A stretch of 64,000 nucleotides of DNA from Candidatus Latescibacterota bacterium (GTDB lineage Bacteria; Latescibacterota; UBA2968), in assembly GCA_965208125.1 (NCBI GenBank), contig OZ242320.1, positions 576,001 to 640,000 of the forward strand. The letters are read 5' to 3'. The position numbers and the translations under genes were made by a program. The notes under the pieces are model-generated. The model was not told where the DNA came from, searched no databases, and was given only the letters and a program-made list of their open reading frames with translations. This document shows, one piece after another, positions 19,451 through 29,153 of the stretch (its first letter is position 1; the number at the start of each line of letters is the position of its first letter).

Positions 19451-21319
19451 TTATAAAAAATACCGTTCCTTCTTCACCATCACCTCAAACTCCTCTCTCG
19501 CCTTCTGCACCTCTTCCACCGTCGAAACCTCGGCAACCGGCACATCCCACCAGCTCTCGTAGCCCGACACGCGCACATCGCGATCGACCTCCACCGCAAT
19601 CACCGTCGTGCGATCTATAGTTCGCGCCTCTTCAATCGCTCTCATCAGCCCTTCTTTGCCTTCGGGCCGCAACACATAAGCCCCCAAACTCTCGGCATTT
19701 GTCGCCAAATCGGTCGGCACATTCTCGCCATCCAACTGCCCGGTCTGCTCATCGCGCATCCTGTACTCTGTCCCAAACTCCTGCGCGCCCACAGCATCCG
19801 ACAATCCCCCAATACTCGCAAAACCGTGATTATCCAGCAGCACAATATTCAGTTTAATCCCCTCCTGCACTGCCGTCGCTATCTCCTGCGCCATCATCAA
19901 ATACGAACCATCCCCAACCATCACATACACCTCCCGAGAGGGATCGGCCATCTTAATACCCAACCCCCCGGCAATCTCGTATCCCATGCACGAATATCCA
20001 TACTCGAGGTGGTATCCCTTGGGATTGCGCGTTCGCCACAACTTGTGGAGATCGCCCGGCATACTGCCCGCCGCACAAATCATGACATCCTCCGGTGCCG
20101 AACCTTCATTCACCGCGCCAATCACTTCCCCCTGACTCAAAATGGGCCGATGACCCAAATTGTAAATGCGATCCACCTCATCTGCCCACGCCTCCCGAAA
20201 TGCGGCAACCCGCTGTGTCAAATCCCCCGACACGCGATACCCCTGCACCGCTTCTGTCAATTCTTCCAACACTATCCGCGCATCGCCCACCAGCGGCAAT
20301 GCCCCGTGTTTGGCCGCGTCAAATTCCGCCACATTAATCGCGATAAATTTCACATCCGGATTTTGAAACGCCGTCTTTGAAGCCGTCGTAAAATCGCTCA
20401 ACCGCGTACCAATAGCGATCACCAGATCCGCTTCCCGCGCGACAATATTCGCCCCCGGTGTACCCGTCACACCCACCGCACCCAAATTATTGGCGTGGTC
20501 GTAATTAAGCGACCCCTTGCCCGCCTGTGTCTCGCCCACTGGAATACCCGTCTGCTCGACAAATGCCGACAGCGCGTCTGTTGCCTCGCTGTACAACACT
20601 CCCCCGCCCGCAATCACCACAGGTTGCACACTCTCCTGAATCCACGCCGCAGCTTTTGACACCAGATCGCGATCCGGCCGGTTGCGCGGCACCACCCACA
20701 CTCGTCTTTCAAACAACGCTTCGGGATAATCAAACGCCTCTGTCTGCGTATCCTGCGGACAACACAGCGTCACAGCACCCGTCTCAACAGGCGAAGTCAA
20801 AACCCGCATCGCCTCGGGCAATGCCAAAATCGCCTGATCTGCCCGATTCAACCGATCCCAGTACCGCGACACCGGCTTAAAACAATCATTCACAGAAATA
20901 TCCTGCGACGCATTGGACTCCAACTGCTGCAATACAGGCGCCACATTTCGCCGCGCAAAAATATCACCCGGCAGCAGCAACACCGGCAAACGATTAATCG
21001 TCGCCGTCGCCGCGCCCGTCACCATATTCGTCGCCCCCGGTCCAATCGACGTCGTACACGCCAGTGTACCCAACCGATTCTTCATCTTGGCATAAGCCGC
21101 AGCCGTATGCACCATCGCCTGTTCATTGCGCGTCTGGTAATACCGAAACTCATCGCGATACTCATGCAGCGCCTGGCCGATCCCGGCCACATTCCCATGC
21201 CCAAAAATACCCGACATCCCCGCAAAAAAGGGCTGTTCAACCCCATCGCGCGAAACGTACTGCGCCCTCAAAAACTGAACAATCGCCTGTGCCATTGTCA
21301 ATCGTCGCGTCTTTGCCAT
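19451..21319 (-). CDS. iolD: 3D-(3,5/4)-trihydroxycyclohexane-1,2-dione acylhydrolase
   Basis: IFGHGNVAG, RNEQAMVH, EYGYSCMGYE, GDGSYLM ThDP motif, WWDVPVAEVS. Confidence 0.95.
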   Translation of the reverse strand: MAKTRRLTMAQAIVQFLRAQYVSRDGVEQPFFAGMSGIFGHGNVAGIGQALHEYRDEFRYYQTRNEQAMVHTAAAYAKMKNRLGTLACTTSIGPGATNMVTGAATATINRLPVLLLPGDIFARRNVAPVLQQLESNASQDISVNDCFKPVSRYWDRLNRADQAILALPEAMRVLTSPVETGAVTLCCPQDTQTEAFDYPEALFERRVWVVPRNRPDRDLVSKAAAWIQESVQPVVIAGGGVLYSEATDALSAFVEQTGIPVGETQAGKGSLNYDHANNLGAVGVTGTPGANIVAREADLVIAIGTRLSDFTTASKTAFQNPDVKFIAINVAEFDAAKHGALPLVGDARIVLEELTEAVQGYRVSGDLTQRVAAFREAWADEVDRIYNLGHRPILSQGEVIGAVNEGSAPEDVMICAAGSMPGDLHKLWRTRNPKGYHLEYGYSCMGYEIAGGLGIKMADPSREVYVMVGDGSYLMMAQEIATAVQEGIKLNIVLLDNHGFASIGGLSDAVGAQEFGTEYRMRDEQTGQLDGENVPTDLATNAESLGAYVLRPEGKEGLMRAIEEARTIDRTTVIAVEVDRDVRVSGYESWWDVPVAEVSTVEEVQKAREEFEVMVKKERYFL

Positions 21320-21341
21320 ATTATCCCTCGTGTTGAGATAT

Positions 21342-22112
21342 TCACACCAATACATCCGGCCGGTCGTGTACGCCTGGACGCGCCAAAATCCGCTTCTGCT
21401 GCTCAGTCAGCCCCTCATAAACCGAATTATCGTACCCCTTTGGCGCGGAAATCAAATGTCCCGGACCGTATTTGTAAAGCAACACCCTGCGCTCGTGATC
21501 TGCCCGCCACGGCAATGTACCGTGCACCAGAGCCTCCGTAAAAAAAATCGCATCCCCCGCCTTTGCCTCGGGCTGCACAACATAGTGCGGAACCCGCTCA
21601 AACCGCTGCACATCGCGCGGCAAATCCATCCTGAAATTGCTCTTGTGACTGCCCCGAACACAGGCAAAACCCCCATCCCCTGCATCGGCGTCTGACAATA
21701 CATATGTCAACACCGACAAACCACACTGCATCACGCCATCTCGATATCTGTAATAATGGTGAAACAAATTCGGCTGCCCGCCGTGCAAACTACCTCGCCT
21801 CCCATTCTTCATCATAAAAATGGCATAATCGTGATCCAGACGGAACTTTGGCCCCAGCAAGTCAACGAGATAAGGCAACACGTTGGGATGATCGATTAAA
21901 TCCCGACACGCCACATCCCAATCCACAATACTCGGCGCGCGGCGCACACCTCTGGCATTGCCAAATTCATCATCTGCCTCCACATCCCCGTAATCCCTGG
22001 GAAACTCTCTATCCGCCACTGCATTGAGCACATCCAATTCCTCGCGGCTCAACACATCTTTAATCACCAGATAACCGTCGAGATCAAACATAAACTTTTC
22101 TTCTGGGGTCAT
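21342..22112 (-). CDS. Phytanoyl-CoA dioxygenase (PhyH) family protein
   Basis: FDLDGYLVIKDVL, LHGG, GSHK, AGDAIFFTEALVHG. Confidence 0.88.
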   Translation of the reverse strand: MTPEEKFMFDLDGYLVIKDVLSREELDVLNAVADREFPRDYGDVEADDEFGNARGVRRAPSIVDWDVACRDLIDHPNVLPYLVDLLGPKFRLDHDYAIFMMKNGRRGSLHGGQPNLFHHYYRYRDGVMQCGLSVLTYVLSDADAGDGGFACVRGSHKSNFRMDLPRDVQRFERVPHYVVQPEAKAGDAIFFTEALVHGTLPWRADHERRVLLYKYGPGHLISAPKGYDNSVYEGLTEQQKRILARPGVHDRPDVLV

Positions 22113-22123
22113 ATCGCATACTC

Positions 22124-23260
22124 CTATCGATAGGGCAATGGCCTGGGATCGAGCCATTCTACAATTCGGTCTTTAATCGCCCATGCAAAAAAGAAATTTC
22201 CGCGCGGCGTGTGATGCCCAATATAATACGGTTCCAAAAACGCCTGCACATCCCCCCGATATGTCGCGTACTCCTCCCGAAAAGCATCGCGCAAATCGAT
22301 CACAGGCACATCCTTTGTCGCCAACCAATCCAAAAACGTCTGGTCAAAAAGCGGCTCACCTTCTAATGCCCGAGCTATATTACTCGAACCAAATGACAAA
22401 ATCACCAGCAACTTTTTCCCATTGGCCTTCGTAAATGCCTCTGCCTTTTCAATCACAAACCGCGTCGCAAACAAAGCCGCCTCGGTATGCAAGCTATAGA
22501 CCTCGGCATCCGATCCCGCATTCTCGAGTTCTCCCCCCATACCTTGCGCCATAGCCGACGCATCTTCCGCACTGCCTCTCCGCGCCATAACCGCATGTAA
22601 AATCGGATCATCGCCAAAAGTCTCCCACACCCAATCCGCATCGCAAAGCCGATAGAGTTCCTCGGGCGTCTTACACAAATTCTCGCGCTCTTCCACAGTA
22701 CTACTTTCCAGATTCACGCGCAAATGCGGCAGCGTAAACCGACCCTGTCGTCCCATGCGAATGGACCGCCACGCATCCAAATTGCGAAAGTGATCGTCGT
22801 CCCACACATTCAAAATCACGTACTCGGCGGGATACTCCCGCTCCACAATCAACATTCGGCGATACGCCTGATACACACTGTGCCCACCAATGCCGTAATT
22901 GCGAATAGGCTCCAGCAAATGCGCGGCCAAATACTCCTGCCATGTCTCCCCATTGCTCACCTGATCGCAATGCGTAAAACTATTCCCATACGTATGAATG
23001 CGACAGGGGCGATCCGCATAATTGACCACCTGCCGCGCACCGTCTTTCTCATAAGCGTAAAACCCGCGCGAATCATCCACACCACCCCCGCGAAACCCAT
23101 CGCAAACCACCCACCCGATCTCTGGATCAAACGCCGACTGTGCATTATTGCACATAATCCGCGCCAACTCCGCTGGCACATCTGCCTTTGCAGGCGTCAC
23201 AAAATGATCCACCATCTCGCGCGTTGGCATAATCGACTCCAAATATTCGCGCCCTGTCAT
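22124..23260 (-). CDS. Hypothetical protein, SGNH-hydrolase-like
   Basis: YGNSFT block-I-like motif, NYGIGG, C-terminal GHHTPRGN. Confidence 0.65.
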   Translation of the reverse strand: MTGREYLESIMPTREMVDHFVTPAKADVPAELARIMCNNAQSAFDPEIGWVVCDGFRGGGVDDSRGFYAYEKDGARQVVNYADRPCRIHTYGNSFTHCDQVSNGETWQEYLAAHLLEPIRNYGIGGHSVYQAYRRMLIVEREYPAEYVILNVWDDDHFRNLDAWRSIRMGRQGRFTLPHLRVNLESSTVEERENLCKTPEELYRLCDADWVWETFGDDPILHAVMARRGSAEDASAMAQGMGGELENAGSDAEVYSLHTEAALFATRFVIEKAEAFTKANGKKLLVILSFGSSNIARALEGEPLFDQTFLDWLATKDVPVIDLRDAFREEYATYRGDVQAFLEPYYIGHHTPRGNFFFAWAIKDRIVEWLDPRPLPYR

Positions 23261-23298
23261 CTTGTGTTCCTCATATCTCATCGCCTTTCATCTGTGTG

Positions 23299-23341
23299 CA
23301 TCTGCGTAAAACGCTCAAATTACTCGCGTTTTTTCTACGGA
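23299..23341. repeat. Intergenic repeat copy 1 (hairpin with TCAAATTACTC loop)
   Basis: CATCTGCGT-AAAACGC-TCAAATTACTC-GCGTTTT-TTCTACGGA; second copy at 36947-36988. Confidence 0.7.
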
Positions 23342-23541
23342 TCATCTCGCTTCCTGATCAACCGGGCCGGTGTCCCTCCAACCACCGAATACGGTTCCAC
23401 ATCGCGCGTTACAACCGCGCCTGCGCCCACAATACTATGCGCGCCAATGCGCACCAATTCTGGATGTCGGATATCGACCAGCGGATCAAAGTGAACCGAC
23501 TCTCCAATCGCCTTAAATACCGATCTGTCTATCTCAAACAT
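23335..23541 (-). pseudogene. Internally deleted hexapeptide-repeat acyltransferase
   Basis: 68 aa: N-terminal part joined directly to the C-terminal [32 protein letters not shown]; intact GGAGGGG RBS. Confidence 0.65.
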
Positions 23542-23758
23542 AAGTGTTCCCCTCCACACACAGATTAATCAATTACAGGACGTGATGCAATGGTATTTGC
23601 CCCTGCACAAAGCCGAGTGAAATTTACCGCTGTTTTCTTTTTAAAAGTTCTTTATACCATGTGCTGTTGCCGGATAATCTCTGTTGTCTAAGGAAGGTCG
23701 CCTACCTATATTTCGGCATTGACGCGCCTCCATATCACAGTAATTACACGAGGTTTTT

Positions 23759-26422
23759 ATGAAACAAGTTTTTCTGGTGTTTTTGTTTTTAGCGCCTGCA
23801 ACTCTGTCTGCCGCTGTGCTCAGCGGCCAGGTGCGCGATGAGAAAACCGGGGAATCTCTGTTCGGCGCAAATGTTTATTTGGAAACACACGCGGGGGGAA
23901 CAGCCACAGACCTCGATGGAAATTTTGCGATTCCCAATGTCAGCGAGGGTAGCCACACGCTCGTTATCAGCTTTGTGGGCTATAAGGAATATCGCGATAC
24001 CATTACAGTAAAAGAGGGGATGGGTGCGTTGGTTGTGGCACTAACGCCCGAAGCCATGCAGTTTGAAGAGGTCGTTGTGAGCGCGCCGCGCGCCAAATTG
24101 CGCGAAACGCCCATTGCGTTCTCCGATGTGCCAAAAACCGATATAGATCGCAAACTCGGCTCTCGCAGCCTGCCGATGCTTTTGAACGATACGCCGGGCG
24201 TTTATGCGACCGAGCAAGGCGGTGGCGATGGCGATTCGCGCATCAATGTGCGGGGATTTGACCAGCGCAATATCGCCGTCATGGTCAATGGCGTGCCAGT
24301 CAATAACATGGAAACCGGGTGGGTCTATTGGGTTGACTGGGATGTTCTCAGCGATGTGACGTCCTCCATACAGGTGCAGCGCGGATTGGGCGCCTCAAAT
24401 TTGGCGATAGCCTCGGTGGGGGGCACGCTGAATATTATTACCGATGCCGCCCGTCAACAGCGCGGGTTTAAGATCAAACAGGAAGCTGCGACCAGTGCCT
24501 ATTACAAAACCACGGTCAATTTTTCATCGGGCTTACTCAATGAAAAAACCGCGATGAGCATGGGCATTTCACGCAAAGTTGGCAATGGCATACCCGATCA
24601 AACGTGGACAGAAGGGTGGGCGTATTTCGGAGCATTGAGCTTTTTGGCCTCTGAAACACACAAATTCGAGTTGTTTGTCGTGGGTACGCCGCAACGCCAC
24701 GGGCACCGCCTGTTCAAGCAACCCATTGGCACTTTTGATGCCGATTACGCGCAGTCTCTGGGCGCTGGCGTAACAGATGCGAAAAATTACGGGATCAATT
24801 ACAATCCCAACTGGGGATATTCGCCGTTTTCATCTTATCGGGAATTTTTTAACGGCAAGGTGCGAGACGCACGCGACAATGCGACCATTATGGAACGCGA
24901 GAACTACTATCACAAAACGCAAGCCAATTTGAACTGGTATTGGATACCCAACGATCGGTTTGTTTTGTCCAATGTCTTTTATTGGGCGCGCGGCAAGGGC
25001 GGAGGTCTGGGGCGCCTGGGCGTCAATCCGGGAACCAGGGCAGACGGCAGCATCGACTGGCAGCACGCAGTAGATGAGTTGAACACGGAACCCGCATCAC
25101 GAGCCAATCCCAACCTGGTGCTTGCAGGCGAGGTCGGAGCCCATGAGATTGCGGCAAAGACCATTATGCGAAACACGGGCAGCCTGCAATACTATTACGG
25201 ATATTTGGGCACGGGCGAATACGCGCTAACGCCTGCCTATAAGCTCGCCTTTGGCATTGATTTGCGCGGCTATGAGGGGCAGCACTGGCGCGAAGTGCGA
25301 AATTTGATAGGGGCAGATTATTACGTTTTTACAGGAGACAGCAATGCCGCGACTTCTGTGAAACGCCTTGGAGACAGGATCGCATATCACACCGATGGTC
25401 TGACGCGCTGGGGAGGCGGATTTGTTCAAATCGAAAGGCAGGTGAACGACTTTACGGCATTTTTGAGCACATCGGCATCCATAACAGCTTATAAACGCAT
25501 CGACTATTTCCGCGCCAGGGTCAATGGGGAATGGGATCAGACAGATTGGAAAAGCTTTGGAGGCTATACGCTCAAGGCGGGGGGCAATTACAATATGACC
25601 CCTACGGTCAATGTGTATGCCAATATGGGCTGGCTTTCAACAGCCCCCAAATTTGGATCGGTTTATCACTACGACAACAGCCTCTACGATCCCACATTCA
25701 ATGAAAAAGTGGCGTCTTTTGAGTTAGGCGCAGGCTATCTCAAACGCGGAGTGATAACCGGAAACGCAAACTTCTATTACACCAAATGGATCGATCGCTC
25801 GTGGCCCAAGAGCGTTTACAGCGCAAAGCTCGACCAGAACTTTCGGTTTTTGCTCAGCGGCATTGACGCGCGGCACACAGGCATAGAGTTCGACTTCAAG
25901 GCGCGCCCCCATCCCAAGTTGGAGGTGCGCAGCCTGGTCTCACTCGGCAACTGGGAATGGCTCAACGATGCGCGCGCCACATTTTTTCCCGAAGAAGACC
26001 CATTGGTTGCAGACGCGTTTCAAGTCTATGCCAATGGATTGAAGGTAGGCGACTCGGCGCAAAAAACCCTTGCGCTGAGCAGTACGGTATTTCCCATGCG
26101 CGGACTTTACACCACGCTGAGTTTGAGGCGATTTATGGATCACTACGCCAAATTCGATCCCGCCAATCGAACAGATCCCGATGACCGCCAGCAATCGTGG
26201 AAAGTGCCAAATTACAATTTGGCTGACCTCCACGCAGGTTACATCCTGCCCGGCAATACATTTGGCAATGGCAAAGTAAAACTGCAATTGCACATCTTCA
26301 ATTTGTTCAACGCGCGCTATATTTCCGATGCAGACGATGGCGACAACCACGACGCCTCAACCGCGCTCGTCTTCCTCGGTCTGCTCCGCCGCTGGAATAT
26401 TTCGTTATCCTACGATTATTAA
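23759..26422 (+). CDS. TonB-dependent receptor with N-terminal carboxypeptidase-regulatory-like domain
   Basis: Signal peptide, LFGANV..GTATDLDGNF, plug INVRGFDQ..VNGVP, C-terminal NLFNARY..ISLSYDY. Confidence 0.93.
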   Translation: MKQVFLVFLFLAPATLSAAVLSGQVRDEKTGESLFGANVYLETHAGGTATDLDGNFAIPNVSEGSHTLVISFVGYKEYRDTITVKEGMGALVVALTPEAMQFEEVVVSAPRAKLRETPIAFSDVPKTDIDRKLGSRSLPMLLNDTPGVYATEQGGGDGDSRINVRGFDQRNIAVMVNGVPVNNMETGWVYWVDWDVLSDVTSSIQVQRGLGASNLAIASVGGTLNIITDAARQQRGFKIKQEAATSAYYKTTVNFSSGLLNEKTAMSMGISRKVGNGIPDQTWTEGWAYFGALSFLASETHKFELFVVGTPQRHGHRLFKQPIGTFDADYAQSLGAGVTDAKNYGINYNPNWGYSPFSSYREFFNGKVRDARDNATIMERENYYHKTQANLNWYWIPNDRFVLSNVFYWARGKGGGLGRLGVNPGTRADGSIDWQHAVDELNTEPASRANPNLVLAGEVGAHEIAAKTIMRNTGSLQYYYGYLGTGEYALTPAYKLAFGIDLRGYEGQHWREVRNLIGADYYVFTGDSNAATSVKRLGDRIAYHTDGLTRWGGGFVQIERQVNDFTAFLSTSASITAYKRIDYFRARVNGEWDQTDWKSFGGYTLKAGGNYNMTPTVNVYANMGWLSTAPKFGSVYHYDNSLYDPTFNEKVASFELGAGYLKRGVITGNANFYYTKWIDRSWPKSVYSAKLDQNFRFLLSGIDARHTGIEFDFKARPHPKLEVRSLVSLGNWEWLNDARATFFPEEDPLVADAFQVYANGLKVGDSAQKTLALSSTVFPMRGLYTTLSLRRFMDHYAKFDPANRTDPDDRQQSWKVPNYNLADLHAGYILPGNTFGNGKVKLQLHIFNLFNARYISDADDGDNHDASTALVFLGLLRRWNISLSYDY

Positions 26423-27843
26423 TGATCCAGATGCTCATCAAGAGCAGCACTCAACCGCTGAAAGACCTGGGGAAATTCAGCGGCAACATCATCCCTCTCA
26501 TTGCGTTGCAGATCGAACAGCAACTGGGGACGCTCGCGCTGAAGTCGCTCCGTCTCATCGGACGGCACATGCATCGGTTCGAAGACATTGCCCCCGATGC
26601 GCTTTGCCGGATCATAGCCGCGAACCAGCTTGAAATGCCCGTCGAAGACCATGCGCCAGGCACTCAGGCCAGAAAATACCATGTCTCGATGCCTGCGTGC
26701 GCGGGCACCGAGATAATCGACGAGAGAACGGCTGTCGAGATCACCGCCGGGTGTCAGGCCAGCCCACTCGAGGAAACTGGCGGTCAGGTCCAGTGTCGTC
26801 ATCGGAGCGTCGTCGCGTCCGAAAGCCCTCACGCCCGGACCAGCGATCACCAGCGGAACTCCCACCGAGGCCTGCAGGGGCGACAACTTCTGCCACTGGT
26901 CGTAATCGCCGAGCATCTCGCCGTGGTCGCTGGTGAAGACAATGACCGTGTTGTCGAGATCACTCCTCGCACGCACACGCGCGACAAGACGCCCGAGACA
27001 AGAATCGAGATGTTCGACAGTAGCCGCCCAGTTGCGACGTACCTCCTGGTGCGTCTCGGGCGCGATATCCTCGGTATTAAACACGGGAAGAGGAAACTCC
27101 ACGGACGGCTCGCGGTACCATCGGTGCATTGACTCTGTGATATCCCACGGATGATGGGGATTCTGCAGATTCACCTCCAAATACCACGGCCTGTCGTCGG
27201 GCGCCCGATCCAGAAGGGTGAGCGCATTATTGGTGATCCAGGTATCGAAATACGCATCGTCGGGAAGTGTCGTCGGGAAGGTAGCCGTCCACACACCCTC
27301 CCGGCTTCGGCGCACGTAATCGGCAATGTGCTCCTCTGCCAGGCCGCGCGCGTGCAAAAACGCCATGTACGCATCCTGAGGCACCATCTCATTGTTGCGC
27401 ATCAAAATGGTCGCCTGATTCAGCCCAGCATTGAAAATGGCGTCGGAAAATCCCCATGCCTCCACGCCCTGGCCCCCATCCACACCACAGAGGAATCTGG
27501 CCGGATTCCCCGATTGGTTATTGCCCACATGGTGTTTGCCGGCGCCCATAACGTGGTATCCTGCCTCGTCGCGCAAGCGCAGATGGTACTTGAACATATT
27601 ATCGGGCGCATCAGTGCTATTGCCCCAAACGCGCGTGCGATCGTATTCCTGCCCAGCCACCAGGCAGGCGCGCGACGGGGCGCAAACGGGCGACGGACAG
27701 ATTGCGTTGGCAAGCCAGACACCGCGCTCGGCGAGTTGCCGCAGATGCGGCGTGCGCACCGGAATGTCGGGATTCATTTCGACCCACTCTGGCCTCTGCT
27801 GATCCGTTTGGACAAAAAGTATGTTGGGACGTTTGTCTGGCAT
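26419..27843 (-). CDS. Sulfatase (Cys-type)
   Basis: PNILFVQTDQ, CAPSR, GKHH, SDHG. Confidence 0.92.
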   Translation of the reverse strand: MPDKRPNILFVQTDQQRPEWVEMNPDIPVRTPHLRQLAERGVWLANAICPSPVCAPSRACLVAGQEYDRTRVWGNSTDAPDNMFKYHLRLRDEAGYHVMGAGKHHVGNNQSGNPARFLCGVDGGQGVEAWGFSDAIFNAGLNQATILMRNNEMVPQDAYMAFLHARGLAEEHIADYVRRSREGVWTATFPTTLPDDAYFDTWITNNALTLLDRAPDDRPWYLEVNLQNPHHPWDITESMHRWYREPSVEFPLPVFNTEDIAPETHQEVRRNWAATVEHLDSCLGRLVARVRARSDLDNTVIVFTSDHGEMLGDYDQWQKLSPLQASVGVPLVIAGPGVRAFGRDDAPMTTLDLTASFLEWAGLTPGGDLDSRSLVDYLGARARRHRDMVFSGLSAWRMVFDGHFKLVRGYDPAKRIGGNVFEPMHVPSDETERLQRERPQLLFDLQRNERDDVAAEFPQVFQRLSAALDEHLDH

Positions 27844-27862
27844 GCGCGTTCACCATTTCTTT

Positions 27863-28039
27863 TTAAAATAACGCTTCTCTACCAAACGTTTCAATATGAA
27901 ACCGAATGGCAGATTTTACATCCGCCAATGCCTCTTCATAAGTATCTCCCTGCCCAACGACTACCCCCTTCAATCCGAGCGGATATCCCACATAACCATC
28001 GGCATATCTCTCAACGATAATTCTAAAATTTTTCATCAT
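27863..28039 (-). CDS. hicB: HicB-family antitoxin (short form, orphan)
   Basis: Below ORF-track cutoff. Manual translation MMKNFRIIVERYADGYVGYPLGLKGVVVGQGDTYEEALADVKSAIRFHIETFGREALF (58 aa) has the G-D-T-x-E-E-A HicB motif; ATGA overlap with upstream gene. Confidence 0.8.
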   Translation of the reverse strand: MMKNFRIIVERYADGYVGYPLGLKGVVVGQGDTYEEALADVKSAIRFHIETFGREALF

Positions 28040-29139
28040 GTTTTATCTCCTATCCCCACCAACACTTCCCGCAACCGTCTCGCGACGATCACATCCTCCC
28101 CCTGCTCCATCATATAGGGCATCACTTCCACGCCGTTTTCATGCGTAAACATTTCAATGCGCGGATCGCCATCTGACAACTGTTGCTGGACCTCCTCTGG
28201 CGCAATCGGCAAAATCGCCTGATCCCAGTGAACCTCCAGAATCGGCGCCACATTAGACCGCCCGGGGTCTCGCACCCGTCTCGTCACCGACGGCAAATCC
28301 GCAACTGCATCGCCAATCACCTGCAACCATCGCTCCCACTCTGCCCACTCGGCATCGTGATCCCGCTGCACCCACTTCTCCACCGCCGCCAGCAGCCCCA
28401 TCACCTCCTCCTTACCCGCCTTCATCGCCCGCCCCAGCGAATGATGCGGCGCGCCATTGGCAAACGCCGCCTGCAAAATATCCTTGCGCCCCAGCACCAA
28501 CCCCGACGACTGGGGACCCCGCAAACACTTGCCCCCACTATAAGCCACAACATCTGCACCCGCTTGCAAATACGCATTGGGCACATCTGGTCGCTCTGCC
28601 GCGGCATCCACAAATACCGGCACACCCTTGCGATGGCAAATCGCCACCACATCTTCAAGCGGAATATCGCTATGATCCGTTTGATCCCCAAAAAACGCAA
28701 ACATCGCCGTACGATCATCAATCGCTAAAGAAAGCGCGTCGTGATCCTCCACCTCCACCATCTCCACCCCCGCCGCCCGAATCGCATGCGTATAAATATG
28801 CAAATGCCCCGGCTGGTACAACACCCGATTCTTCATCCCCGTCGTATCGGGCAATTGCCTGATCTTATTCGGATCATCCCCTGCCACACACGCCGACGTC
28901 ACCTGCGTCAGCGCCGCCGCGCACCCATTTGTCACCAACCCCCACTCGCACTGCATCAACTCGGCGATACGCGCCCCCACCGCATCCATCAACTCATCCA
29001 AATGCACATACGCCTTCGCCGCCTCCATCATCGCCTCGCACACCTCGGGCAACATCAGCGAACCGCTAATAATCGTATATGTCCCGCGACAGTTAATCAG
29101 CGGCCGCACACCAATTGAACGATAAGTAGGAATAGCCAT
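28036..29139 (-). CDS. SelA/DgaE-like PLP-dependent enzyme
   Basis: INCRGTYT..GS, VDAAAE, YSGGKCLRGPQSSG (PLP lysine), GRAMKAGKEE; 367 aa, shorter than true SelA. Confidence 0.85.
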   Translation of the reverse strand: MAIPTYRSIGVRPLINCRGTYTIISGSLMLPEVCEAMMEAAKAYVHLDELMDAVGARIAELMQCEWGLVTNGCAAALTQVTSACVAGDDPNKIRQLPDTTGMKNRVLYQPGHLHIYTHAIRAAGVEMVEVEDHDALSLAIDDRTAMFAFFGDQTDHSDIPLEDVVAICHRKGVPVFVDAAAERPDVPNAYLQAGADVVAYSGGKCLRGPQSSGLVLGRKDILQAAFANGAPHHSLGRAMKAGKEEVMGLLAAVEKWVQRDHDAEWAEWERWLQVIGDAVADLPSVTRRVRDPGRSNVAPILEVHWDQAILPIAPEEVQQQLSDGDPRIEMFTHENGVEVMPYMMEQGEDVIVARRLREVLVGIGDKT

Positions 29140-29153
29140 AGTCGCCCTCCACA

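Noticed and set aside
27880-27902. LacI-like TGAAACGTTT site upstream of the sulfatase
   Set aside because: It falls inside the hicB coding sequence (IETFG) and is only a partial palindrome.
28036-29139. Selenocysteine synthase selA
   Set aside because: Too short, lacks the SelA N-terminal domain, and no selB/selC/selD is nearby.
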